A DNA stretch of 64,000 nucleotides, taken from positions 83,648-147,647 of the forward strand of contig JACFNL010000001.1 in assembly GCA_019454875.1 (NCBI GenBank). The letters are read 5' to 3'. Position 1 is the first letter of the stretch, and the number at the start of each line of letters is the position of its first letter. Positions 20,163 through 29,580 of this stretch are shown in pieces. The notes beneath the pieces are model-generated. The model was not told where the DNA came from. It saw nothing but the letters and a program-made list of their open reading frames with translations, and made no database searches. Source of the DNA: Candidatus Cloacimonadota bacterium (GTDB taxonomy: Bacteria > Muiribacteriota > UBA6191). A program made the translations under genes and the position numbers.

Positions 20163-21114
20163 TACCCAGGTCCTGATCATTATATGCATAGTCAAAGGTC
20201 CACTCTTCATATTTTGCCGAAGCACCTGCCGTAAACTCGCCTTCATTTGATCCAAGTCTTAACCCATACTTTTCGGCAAACCATTTTTCAACCCCAAGTC
20301 TGAGTCCAACTTCTTCTCGCTCCCTCTTTACTCCATCAAGAGCAATGAGTGTACTTTGGTTTACCTGAAATGCACCACCAACTGTAGCCGTAATTGGAAC
20401 AGTATCTTTACGGCCTGTAGTCCACTTTAAGGATTCAAACATATCACGAAAGCTTGCACCCAGGGTAACCCGTTTACTGGCCTTGTATTGCACCCCAAAG
20501 TCAAAACCAACCCCATCAGCACTCTCGGTAAAAAGTTCCTGCTCCAAGTAACGCACTGTCCCACCCAGATTCAGTCTGGAATTGACTTGTTTGGCAGCCG
20601 AAATACTGATATTACTTTCTGCATCCTCAAAATAGGAAAAAATTCTTACGGGAGCTGTAGCCCTGCCAGCAGCCAGCGGTGCCCCATCTACTTCACCAGT
20701 CAGAATCGGATCATCAAACCGCCCGTTCCCATCTACATCCAGACCATTGTGAATCCTGGTTTCAGGGATTCCATCAACGCTGAAACGATGATAGGCCACC
20801 CCAAGTACCCAACCATCTTTACCCATAGGTCTGGCATAACCCAGATAATTATAATTGCGATCCAGACTAAGAGATGTATGCATGGCGGCGGCTTCTTTGC
20901 CTTTGACCCCTGCCAGTCCTGCCGGGTTCCAGTAAGTTGCATTCACATCCGAAGATACGGCCACCCCTGCCCCACCCAAACCAAGAATTCTGGCATCAAT
21001 TCCAAGATTGCGGTAAGCCGCAGCCTGGCCCTGAGCCGATTTGGCCTGACTGATTGTTGCGAGGCTGACTCCGAGCATCCCTGCCAGAACAAACCTTTTG
21101 CAATTTACTTTCAT
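20128..21114 (-). CDS. Outer-membrane beta-barrel protein, FadL/OMPP1-like (PorV-like?)
   Basis: Signal peptide MKVNCKRFVLAGMLGVSLATISQA with AGGAG Shine-Dalgarno 7 nt upstream. N-terminal ARILGLGGAGVAVSSDVNATYWNPAGLA matches the FadL-family signature (glGrAfaG..a.addas..f.NPAgla). C-terminal Phe (…SAKRRF) typical of barrel OMPs. At 339 aa it is shorter than canonical FadL or PorV. Confidence 0.5.
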   Translation of the reverse strand: MKVNCKRFVLAGMLGVSLATISQAKSAQGQAAAYRNLGIDARILGLGGAGVAVSSDVNATYWNPAGLAGVKGKEAAAMHTSLSLDRNYNYLGYARPMGKDGWVLGVAYHRFSVDGIPETRIHNGLDVDGNGRFDDPILTGEVDGAPLAAGRATAPVRIFSYFEDAESNISISAAKQVNSRLNLGGTVRYLEQELFTESADGVGFDFGVQYKASKRVTLGASFRDMFESLKWTTGRKDTVPITATVGGAFQVNQSTLIALDGVKREREEVGLRLGVEKWFAEKYGLRLGSNEGEFTAGASAKYEEWTFDYAYNDQDLGNVQRISAKRRF

Positions 21115-21149
21115 ACCCATACTCCTAATTCCCGCATCCTTGCCCAAAA

Positions 21150-22475
21150 TCAGTTGCCGCCCCCAGCCTGTAAGGTTGGGACCGTAAAGACTCCTGTACC
21201 ATTATTCAAAGCTTTAAAAGCTGTTTCTGCTGTAGCAGTTCCCTGTTGCTGACCAGTAGTTTCATCACAGCCATAAACTACTGTGGATACGGTCAAATCG
21301 TTTTGAGTATCCACTGGAACCCCATCAATGGAAAAACTTCCTACTGTTCCACGAACTCCATTGGTAAATGCATTACAGTTAGGAATTCCGCCTGTTACCC
21401 CACCTTCCAGACCTAACTGGGTGATTACCGCCCGGTTGCCGGATGGATTACGGATTTCACCAACAATAGTCACAGTCTGAGGTGTCATGGGAGGCACATC
21501 AACCCTGACTGATCCTGCAATGGGTGCCAGGATGTTATTGACCACCTGATCAAACACACCCCGTCCCGAAATCCTTAAGGTATAAGAACGGTTGTTGGTT
21601 GAGGTTCTCACAGGCACTTCCACCTGGAAAAAACCATTGGCATTTGGGGCCTGGTTGGCCTGATTGGCCGTACTCAACCCTTCTACCGTTACCCTGAACT
21701 GGGTGATGTCATACAGGTTGGAAAACTTGCTTAAAGTAATCTGACCTTCAATCTGTCCTAACAGAGGAACCATACGGACAGTATGCTCAATACTCTGTCC
21801 GGCCAGAACGGCTAAGGAAGCTACCCCATCAGCCGGACCGGAATACCCCTCTGCCGAAACATTTAAGGCTGCTGACTGGGGAGCTGCATCTCCAGACGGA
21901 TTGATAATTGGAACTACCAGGACATATTGCCCGTTGGAACCATTCGAGGTAGTGGAATTCCCAACAGATACAGTCGCTCCATTCACAGGCTCACCTGTTC
22001 GTTCATCCACAAGATTTAATATCACGGTTCCGTCACCTTCCGGTGGGCGATTCCTCAGAGTGACATCAGGTGCGGCAATTGTGGAAGCAGTTTCCACATA
22101 CACCTTGATGTCCGTTCCTCCAATAGCTGTGGAAGCCTCGCTGGAAGTCGCTGTCTTTTCCGTTGCCTGAATTGTTTCAAACCCATCTTTGGAGTAACCA
22201 AGGGCCCACTTCCCGATCCGAAGATTCGGAATGCGATACTGTCCATTTGCATTACTGACAGCAGTTCGAATGACCTGAGGCTCACTCTCAAACACAGCAA
22301 TGACACTCACATTGGGTTCGGGTGTTTTTGTAGTTGCTCCACCAGCTCGATTGGAAAAAACCGTGCCTGTGATAACTCCATTTTCAACTCCGGCATCACC
22401 GCAGCCGCTCAACAGTAGAACGACCCCAATCATTACCGAAAGTACCCCACGCAATTGAAACTTGCTTTTATACAT
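21150..22475 (-). CDS. Lipoprotein with carboxypeptidase-regulatory-like (CarbopepD_reg) beta-sandwich domain
   Basis: Start at ATG 22475 (GGAAGG Shine-Dalgarno 8 nt upstream). Lipobox LLLSGC. GVITGTVFS...NANGQYRIPNLRIGKWALGYSKDGF matches the CarbopepD_reg fold pattern. Stop lies 2 nt before the OMP ORF. Confidence 0.5.
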   Translation of the reverse strand: MYKSKFQLRGVLSVMIGVVLLLSGCGDAGVENGVITGTVFSNRAGGATTKTPEPNVSVIAVFESEPQVIRTAVSNANGQYRIPNLRIGKWALGYSKDGFETIQATEKTATSSEASTAIGGTDIKVYVETASTIAAPDVTLRNRPPEGDGTVILNLVDERTGEPVNGATVSVGNSTTSNGSNGQYVLVVPIINPSGDAAPQSAALNVSAEGYSGPADGVASLAVLAGQSIEHTVRMVPLLGQIEGQITLSKFSNLYDITQFRVTVEGLSTANQANQAPNANGFFQVEVPVRTSTNNRSYTLRISGRGVFDQVVNNILAPIAGSVRVDVPPMTPQTVTIVGEIRNPSGNRAVITQLGLEGGVTGGIPNCNAFTNGVRGTVGSFSIDGVPVDTQNDLTVSTVVYGCDETTGQQQGTATAETAFKALNNGTGVFTVPTLQAGGGN

Positions 22476-22644
22476 ATCACCCTGCCTTCCAAAAAATAAG
22501 GCATCCATACATTCTTCACACAAATCCTTCCTGATTTCGGCAGCTTCTTCCATGCACCTAACAAAATTAATGCAATTACCCATATTCCTGATCACTCTGT
22601 CTTGATTACAAATCCATCCTTGATTACATTGCTTAGGAAGGGTT

Positions 22645-23628
22645 TTGTTGATGAAGATTTTTCTTTGTTTCCTCCTATTGATTCATGTACTTTTTGGTTT
22701 GTTACAATTTGGCCTGTGCTCGGGAAAAATTCCTTCCAGGTATGCCCATAGTATGCCGCGACTGGTATTACTTGAACCCGTCGAAGATAAAAGCAGAAGT
22801 TCTTCCTCTTCCAGGATTGTCAACCTGACAGACAATTCCGATTTAGACGAAGATAGCGTAGCCCGCTGGGAAAAACTTAGAAGAGAACAAATCGGTGAGC
22901 TTGCTGAGGCTCAAAAAATTAAAAGCCCCCAAAAAGAACCAGCCCCTCTTAAGGGAATCTGGAATGAAAAACACCATTTCAAGTTGCAGGTTGCAAAATC
23001 AGAAAAAGAATGTCTTTTTATGATATTTCACGGCATGATATTTATTGAAAACCTGGGGATTCTGTACCGTGATAAAGTTTTAAGCCTAAAGCCTTTGCAC
23101 ATCTCCTTGATATGGATGTTTATCGTACTTGGGCTTTTAAGCCTGCCTGCAAAAGTCCTGCCCTCCTGGGGGAGAAAAACCAATCCCCTCAAAATTCTGA
23201 CAAAGAGCATCCAACTTCGGGATATTGAGAACACCAGAAAACTACTTAGAGATCTGAGAATGGATTATAGATTAAGAGAAGAACTTCCATTCAAGTTTCA
23301 AAAAATCTGGCTACAAACCCTTTGTGATCATAATGCCTACGGGGAAGCTGTGGATTTTGGAGGCTTTCTTTTACATAAGAATCCAGAAAACAGATCCCTT
23401 CTGAAACAGTTTATACCCTGGTTGATAACAAACGATGAGAGATATCCCCTGCATTTGGCAGTATTCCTGTCACGATATTTAACTATTTGGCCTGATCAGG
23501 GGCTGGCCATCAAAGTATGGGAAACCACATTTTCTGGGGAAGGTGTTGAAAATGTGGACACCGAAGTCAAAAATCTGGCAACAATAATTCAGAGTGTAGC
23601 TGGAATATTGTCTACGGCACCCAGGTAG
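22645..23628 (+). CDS. Hypothetical membrane protein (327 aa)
   Basis: Only plus-strand gene in this neighbourhood. N-terminal hydrophobic segment plus an internal TM. No recognisable domain. Confidence 0.3.
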   Translation: MLMKIFLCFLLLIHVLFGLLQFGLCSGKIPSRYAHSMPRLVLLEPVEDKSRSSSSSRIVNLTDNSDLDEDSVARWEKLRREQIGELAEAQKIKSPQKEPAPLKGIWNEKHHFKLQVAKSEKECLFMIFHGMIFIENLGILYRDKVLSLKPLHISLIWMFIVLGLLSLPAKVLPSWGRKTNPLKILTKSIQLRDIENTRKLLRDLRMDYRLREELPFKFQKIWLQTLCDHNAYGEAVDFGGFLLHKNPENRSLLKQFIPWLITNDERYPLHLAVFLSRYLTIWPDQGLAIKVWETTFSGEGVENVDTEVKNLATIIQSVAGILSTAPR

Positions 23629-25341
23629 TCAGTTTTTAGCTATACCCCGGCACTGAAGCTGTACTCTTTTGCTACCAAAATAATTATACTCAAGTTGCCC
23701 AACCAGAGGCGGCAGCAGTAAAAATTCCTGAAGAAAATTTCCTAATCCAAATCCAATGACACTCATACGGGCCCCACTATAACACTCAATCTCCATGCTC
23801 AGATCCTTTAGCTCCTTGCCTACTCTTCTATGTCGAATCAAGCGATAGTTTCTAAGTGCAAAAACGGGACGGGCATTTTCTTCCCCAAACGGCCCCAGGC
23901 CTCTTTGCTGGTCCACAAAATCCTCGGGTAAATGTGCTCCATCAAGCCAGGCGCAAAATGTTTTTGGAGTGAGATCCTGCTCAAAATGAACAGGTTCCAG
24001 TCTGAGGAGGGCCTGTAAAAACTCACCAAGATATTCCGGCTTAAGACGAAGGCCTGCGGCCCGGGCATGACCACCGTGATTCATAAGGACATGGGAAACC
24101 GAATCCAGCATGGCTTTTAGGTTAAACCCCATAATGCCACGGGCCGAACCCACAAGCTCTCCAGATGGATTGCTGGCTAAAGCGATTACAGATCGGGAAT
24201 ACAATTCACTAAAAGATGAGGCCAATAAACCCATTAGCCCAAGCTCCCGGCTATTGCTTTCAACCACGATTAGCGGGATGTTCTCAAACCTGTGAATCTT
24301 CATGGCCATGGAACTTCTTAATTCCTTCAATCTCTTAACCCTTAGCTGATTGTAATTTTCCAGAGTGTCCCCAAATTCAACCACAGAGGCTAGCTTGACT
24401 GAGGTCAGAAAATGAAAGGCAGGCCAGGCCGAATCAAGTCTGGAAGCTGCATTTAGCCTAGGGGCCATGTAAAAACCCACATGTTCCGGCCCATATTGTT
24501 CTCCCAGATCCGATCTGAGGATCTTGCGGTTCCAATAATCCCGAAGGAAAGGAAGCCTGCTCTGCATCATATGTTTTAATCCTGCCTCCACCATGTAACG
24601 GTTCTCCCCAGTCAAGGGGACCACATCCGCTACCGTACCTATGGCCACATAATCCAGGCAATTGATCAGGGTGGACTGAGTGATTTGTGAGTTCTCCCCA
24701 TGCATACGCCGAAGTAGGGCATGAATGAATTTATAGGCCACACCAACTCCTGCCAGTGCATCACAGGGGTATCCATTTAACCTAGGATTTACAACAGCCA
24801 GAGCCCCCTGCATTTCCTGTTCAGGAAGATGATGATCGGTGACTATCACGGAAATCCCAAGACTTTGGGCCAGAAGGATTTCTTCGGCCGATCCCATGCC
24901 ACAGTCAGCCGTGATAATAACTTTGATACCTCTTTGGGAAAACTCCCGTACCAGATGCGGTTTTAACCCATGTCCCTCAGTAAAACGATTGGGAAGATAC
25001 ACCTCGGGAACTACCCGTGGGTCAGCCTTGCGAAGTCCCCAGTAAAGAACACTGGAGGCAGATAGACCATCCACATCAAAGTCTCCAAAAATCAGAATAG
25101 GTTCCTGATTCTGAATGGCCTCAATTACCCTGTTTACGGCCAATTCCATACCTGATAAAAGCATTGGATCATGGTAAAGGTCGGGATTTTTTTGCAAAAA
25201 CCCCTCCAGGCCCCCACAGGAATCCAGCTGGGCCTCCTTGGCAATCCAGGTGGCCAGAGCCGGATGATAACCGTGACCCAGGGCCTTATCCATAGCATCC
25301 TGTCTTAATGGTCGGCTATCTTCAACAAATTGTGGCAACAT
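23629..25341 (-). CDS. recJ: Single-stranded-DNA-specific exonuclease RecJ
   Basis: 570 aa. DHH motifs (GDFDVDGLSAS, VIVTDHHLP) and DHHA1-type C-terminal region. Confidence 0.85.
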   Translation of the reverse strand: MLPQFVEDSRPLRQDAMDKALGHGYHPALATWIAKEAQLDSCGGLEGFLQKNPDLYHDPMLLSGMELAVNRVIEAIQNQEPILIFGDFDVDGLSASSVLYWGLRKADPRVVPEVYLPNRFTEGHGLKPHLVREFSQRGIKVIITADCGMGSAEEILLAQSLGISVIVTDHHLPEQEMQGALAVVNPRLNGYPCDALAGVGVAYKFIHALLRRMHGENSQITQSTLINCLDYVAIGTVADVVPLTGENRYMVEAGLKHMMQSRLPFLRDYWNRKILRSDLGEQYGPEHVGFYMAPRLNAASRLDSAWPAFHFLTSVKLASVVEFGDTLENYNQLRVKRLKELRSSMAMKIHRFENIPLIVVESNSRELGLMGLLASSFSELYSRSVIALASNPSGELVGSARGIMGFNLKAMLDSVSHVLMNHGGHARAAGLRLKPEYLGEFLQALLRLEPVHFEQDLTPKTFCAWLDGAHLPEDFVDQQRGLGPFGEENARPVFALRNYRLIRHRRVGKELKDLSMEIECYSGARMSVIGFGLGNFLQEFLLLPPLVGQLEYNYFGSKRVQLQCRGIAKN

Positions 25342-25344
25342 GGC

Positions 25345-26634
25345 TCAAACCACATCTCCAAACAAGGACTGTGAATTGGCTTCTTTAATTTCGATTTCAA
25401 CAAATGAACCAATTTTGTTTTCATGATGCTGAAAAAGCACAGGAATATTGCCTGCCGTCCGACCCTTGTACTGATTCTCAAACCGCTTGGCCTCCGCTTC
25501 CACAAGCACCTTTTCAGTCCTGCCAATAAAACGGGGATAAATTTCTGTCTGAACCTCTCTTTGTACAGCAATCATTTTGGAGAGCCTGTCCTTGCGAACC
25601 TCTTCTGGAATGGACTCCTGCATGGAAGCTGCGACGGTTCCCTGCCGCTCTGAGTAATGAAACAGATAGGCTGTTTCATACTGAACCTCCCTTAAAAGGC
25701 TCAGTGTCTCCTCAAATTCTTCGTCTGTCTCGGAAGGGAAACCACAAATCATGTCTGTGGAAAGACATACCCCGGGAACCGTCTCACGGATTCTGCCAAT
25801 CAAGTCAAGATAAGCCTCCCGTGTATAACCCCTTTTCATAGCTTTTAAAACTCTGGAGCTCCCGGACTGAGCCGGAATATGGACCCAGGGACAAAGATTG
25901 GGATTCTCTCGCATGACATCCAGGATTTTTTCATCAAACAAAACCGGATGTGATGTTAAAAATCGAATCCAGATTTTAGGAGCCTTCTGGGCCACTCTGG
26001 ACAATAGATCAGAAAACCTCAGACCTTCATGTCTCCAGGAGTTGATCGTCTGGCCTAAAAGGGTAATTTCCTTCACACCCTGGGAAACGAGTTCATGCAC
26101 CTTGTTAAGTATTTCCACTGAGGACAGATTGACCTCCCGGCCCTTAACCGCTGGAACAATACAATATGTGCAATTAAAATTACACCCGGTCTGAACAGGC
26201 AGATAACTTCTATGAGCCGCAGCGTTTCCTTCGGTCAGAACCTCATAGGTTGAATAGTCTTCAAACCTGCGCGCAGTGACATCAGCAAGTACCTTCCCAA
26301 TGGATTGCAATTCTGCCGGGGTTATTAAAAAATCAATTTCTGGATGTTTTAGAAGCAATGCTTCTTTCTGGGCAGCTACCATACACCCCATCAATCCAAT
26401 TTTTTTCTGGCGACGGGAACGCCGCTTTTGCGGCAGAAGATGTTCCAGTTTGTGCCATACCTTCAAGTCAGCATTGTCGCGAACAGTACAGGTATTGAGG
26501 ATAACAACCTCAGCATCATCCGGATTGCTGCTCATTTCAAACCCGGCCCCCATCAACATTTTGCTGACAGTCTGAGATTCGTATTCATTCATTTGACATC
26601 CATAATTGATGACACATGCTACATTTTTTTTCAT
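25345..26634 (-). CDS. Radical-SAM tRNA methylthiotransferase (MiaB-like)
   Basis: N-terminal MTTase motif INYGCQMNEYES, radical-SAM CNFNCTYC, C-terminal TRAM-like domain. 3-nt gap to recJ. Confidence 0.7.
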   Translation of the reverse strand: MKKNVACVINYGCQMNEYESQTVSKMLMGAGFEMSSNPDDAEVVILNTCTVRDNADLKVWHKLEHLLPQKRRSRRQKKIGLMGCMVAAQKEALLLKHPEIDFLITPAELQSIGKVLADVTARRFEDYSTYEVLTEGNAAAHRSYLPVQTGCNFNCTYCIVPAVKGREVNLSSVEILNKVHELVSQGVKEITLLGQTINSWRHEGLRFSDLLSRVAQKAPKIWIRFLTSHPVLFDEKILDVMRENPNLCPWVHIPAQSGSSRVLKAMKRGYTREAYLDLIGRIRETVPGVCLSTDMICGFPSETDEEFEETLSLLREVQYETAYLFHYSERQGTVAASMQESIPEEVRKDRLSKMIAVQREVQTEIYPRFIGRTEKVLVEAEAKRFENQYKGRTAGNIPVLFQHHENKIGSFVEIEIKEANSQSLFGDVV

Positions 26635-26702
26635 GGGAAAACCGACACCCTATCAAGGATTTATTCCAAAAGTTTCTATACAGGGTGCTATTATAGCCTC
26701 TT

Positions 26703-27584
26703 ATGAATCTGAGAGACAAACTATCGACAAATCGCTTTGTGATTACTTTGGAAGTTGACCCCCCAAGGGGCAGTGGTATGAAACATTCTCTTTCAGAAGT
26801 TGGTCCACTGATTCCCTACCTGGATGCCATAAATGTTGCCGCCTGTCCCGTGGCCAAACTGCGCATGGATCCTGTTGCCTATGCCGTGCTTTTAAAGCGG
26901 GAGTACGACATTGAGACCATTCAGCATATTACCATGAGGGACATGACTCTTCTTGGATTACAATCCTACCTCCTAGGCGCATCAGCTCTAGGTCTGGATA
27001 ATTTTCTGGTGATGACTGGTGATGCCCCTAAACATAGTAATATTCCCGACACCAAGGGAGTTTTTCAGGGTAACAGCATGCTTTTAATGCAGGTGATGCA
27101 AAAAATGAATCAGGGTGAACATACTGGAAATGGCAAGCTGAACAAAAAAAATCGCTTCTACTTTGGGGCCACGGCCAATCCAACTGCCATCAATCAGCCC
27201 AACGAAGTAAAAAAGATGCAGAAAAAAATCGATCATGGTGCATCATTTTTTCAGACTCAGCCCCTGTTTATGAAAAGTACACTGGATGACTTTCTAATGG
27301 CCTCAGCCGAAGTAAAAACCCCAATCCTGATTTCCACCATGCTTCTTAAGAACTATGAGTCCTCCTTAAACCTCAACCAGACTGTCCCTGGATTGTTTGT
27401 TCCCTCAGAAACCCTGAGCCGCTTAAAACAAAATAACAATCAGGAAGAAGCCATGAGAATAGTCATTGATTTTTTGAAACTCTGCAAGGACAGAATTCAG
27501 GGCCTGCATCTTTTCCCTATGAATAACTATTGTGCCATGAAAGAACTTTTACAGGAAATATCCCACATTCGAGAATCCCGCTGA
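26703..27584 (+). CDS. Methylenetetrahydrofolate reductase family protein (MetF-like)
   Basis: 293 aa. FVITLEVDPPRG ... ITMRD ... LVMTGDAP pattern recalled for the MTHFR TIM-barrel. Not verified by HMM. Confidence 0.5.
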   Translation: MNLRDKLSTNRFVITLEVDPPRGSGMKHSLSEVGPLIPYLDAINVAACPVAKLRMDPVAYAVLLKREYDIETIQHITMRDMTLLGLQSYLLGASALGLDNFLVMTGDAPKHSNIPDTKGVFQGNSMLLMQVMQKMNQGEHTGNGKLNKKNRFYFGATANPTAINQPNEVKKMQKKIDHGASFFQTQPLFMKSTLDDFLMASAEVKTPILISTMLLKNYESSLNLNQTVPGLFVPSETLSRLKQNNNQEEAMRIVIDFLKLCKDRIQGLHLFPMNNYCAMKELLQEISHIRESR

Positions 27585-27603
27585 GCCCTGGGAGACCAAT
27601 GTT

Positions 27604-29580
27604 GTGAACCAGTATTTTGGCACTCTTGGGATCGTATGGAAAATCCTCTCCAGAGAAAAACTCTTCCTCTTTCTGCCCGTCCTGCTTTTTAGTCTGGGTC
27701 ACTGGCTCTTAAATGCCAGTTTCTGCATCTTCAGCGGCTTACATAATGACTTTGTCCTACAGGTGCAAAGACGGGGACCTCATGTCACAATCCGTCCTCA
27801 GAATTCATGGTTTGAAAGCCAGCCCCTAGCCCATATAAGCTCCCATGCCAGTATCACCAAAATTGATAACATAATTCAGACTCAGGGAATTCTGATGAAT
27901 TCCGATGTGGGAATTGGGGTTCTTGTTTCGGGAATTGTTGATCAGGAGGCCCACTTGATGCTGGACGGGTCCCAGGACTCCGAGTGCAATCAGGAGCCTG
28001 GTGACAGATATGTCCTGATTTCAGAATCCCTGTTTCGGGAATTTGGTGAGAATCGCTGTGATTTATCATTGATGCTTCTTAACGGAAATGAATTTCCCCT
28101 CATTCCCCTTGCCCTGATTTCGGACTGGAATCAACCCCAGAAAAAGCTCAATATCTTTATGTCTCGGGACACATTAAAACAACAAATGGGAACCAGTACA
28201 GAAAACAACCTGATTGAGATCCATCTAACCGATCTGAAACAGGCACAAAACTTTAAAGCTTCTCTCAAAAAACTTCCCGAATCCTCCCACTGGCATGTTT
28301 CCTCCTGGGAAGATACATACTCAGAAACATTGCTACTTTTTAGTACTGAACAGAAGCTGCATTTTGTATTTTTAATAGCGTTGGGGGTTTTTGTTATTTT
28401 TGCCCTGTATGCCTCGGGATTTTTGATTCTTCTAAGAAGGCAGAACTCACTAAAAAGTCTTTTGGCTCTGGGAATGACAAAAAATTTACTGGGTTCTCAA
28501 ATCATCGGCATTCAAATTCTTCTATTGCTCAGTGCCGTTGTTATCTCTCGAACAGGTCTTTATCTGGTAGAACAATATCTTAAACTGTGGCCCCTGCCCC
28601 TGCCCCAATCCCTCTTCTATTCTGTATCCCTTCCATTTGAGTATCAGCCGAATTTTTTTATGCTTTCCACAGCACTACTGCTTCTACCCTCCTTATGGAC
28701 CCTGTATCGGGCAAGACTTCAGTTACTCGCCCTGATTTTTGTACTGTCTCCCCTCTCATTTTCTGACGCTCAGTTCTCCAGGCCAAACCCCAATGCATTT
28801 TTTAAACCCGATCTGAATTATAAGGAAAAGGAACGGACTGGATTCAGTCTTCTAATCTTAAAGGATCACAGATTTTCCACCCCTTTTAACAGTCCACAAT
28901 TCAGCCGTCTGGGGTTTCGGTTCGGAGACGCACAGGCTCAAACCGATCTGGCCTGCACCCTGGGGCAGGAACCACGATTTACGGACTCCAATGGAAAAAT
29001 CCGGCAAATACCTCTTAAGGCCGGAAAGTATGACCTGAACTGTCCCACAATTGGCCTTGAGGAACAACTCAATATTACTCTTGGGCAAACCCATCTGATG
29101 TTAGCCTGGTCTCCACATACACGGTCTGAGATAGAACCAGTTCTCTACCGGGCCAAAAAAGTTATGCAAAGACAGGAAAACCCAGAGTTCAGAGAACTGC
29201 ATGCCATTTTGAAGCGGGTTCGCGAAATTGTTCTGGATATTTTTAAGGATCACACCCAGATCCGTTCCTACCTGCATCCTGATTATCGTGATGAGGATGG
29301 GAAACTGGAGGACTTTTACGAGTACCTGAATCTGATCCTGCCCTCCTTACACGAATACTCAATTACCTCTTTACTTATGGAGCCGAGGGAAAATACATAT
29401 CATCTTAATCTGATACTCGAATCTGACTCTTCGGCTATTGAACTGAACCTGGAAACAGATACACAATATCTGTTAAAACGCTACCGCCACCGAACCCTGG
29501 CGCGAAAATCCTCGACATCACCGAGCAGTTCAAAATCCCCCCGTGTCAGGACAGGTAAAACTTTTAAAACATCTCCGTAA
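27604..29580 (+). CDS. FtsX/LolCE-like permease with ~280-aa C-terminal soluble extension
   Basis: TM1 (aa ~20-45), ~200-aa periplasmic domain, then three clustered TMs (aa ~245-375) as in the FtsX domain. No ABC ATPase adjacent. 19-nt gap from the MetF-like gene. Last ~30 aa are low-complexity and overlap the convergent gene. Confidence 0.4.
   Translation: MNQYFGTLGIVWKILSREKLFLFLPVLLFSLGHWLLNASFCIFSGLHNDFVLQVQRRGPHVTIRPQNSWFESQPLAHISSHASITKIDNIIQTQGILMNSDVGIGVLVSGIVDQEAHLMLDGSQDSECNQEPGDRYVLISESLFREFGENRCDLSLMLLNGNEFPLIPLALISDWNQPQKKLNIFMSRDTLKQQMGTSTENNLIEIHLTDLKQAQNFKASLKKLPESSHWHVSSWEDTYSETLLLFSTEQKLHFVFLIALGVFVIFALYASGFLILLRRQNSLKSLLALGMTKNLLGSQIIGIQILLLLSAVVISRTGLYLVEQYLKLWPLPLPQSLFYSVSLPFEYQPNFFMLSTALLLLPSLWTLYRARLQLLALIFVLSPLSFSDAQFSRPNPNAFFKPDLNYKEKERTGFSLLILKDHRFSTPFNSPQFSRLGFRFGDAQAQTDLACTLGQEPRFTDSNGKIRQIPLKAGKYDLNCPTIGLEEQLNITLGQTHLMLAWSPHTRSEIEPVLYRAKKVMQRQENPEFRELHAILKRVREIVLDIFKDHTQIRSYLHPDYRDEDGKLEDFYEYLNLILPSLHEYSITSLLMEPRENTYHLNLILESDSSAIELNLETDTQYLLKRYRHRTLARKSSTSPSSSKSPRVRTGKTFKTSP

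Noticed and set aside
20488-21252. 254-aa plus-strand ORF overlapping the FadL-like OMP gene
   Set aside because: Entirely antisense to a well-supported barrel protein gene. Composition is Cys/His/Pro-rich and random-like, with no signal peptide or Shine-Dalgarno.
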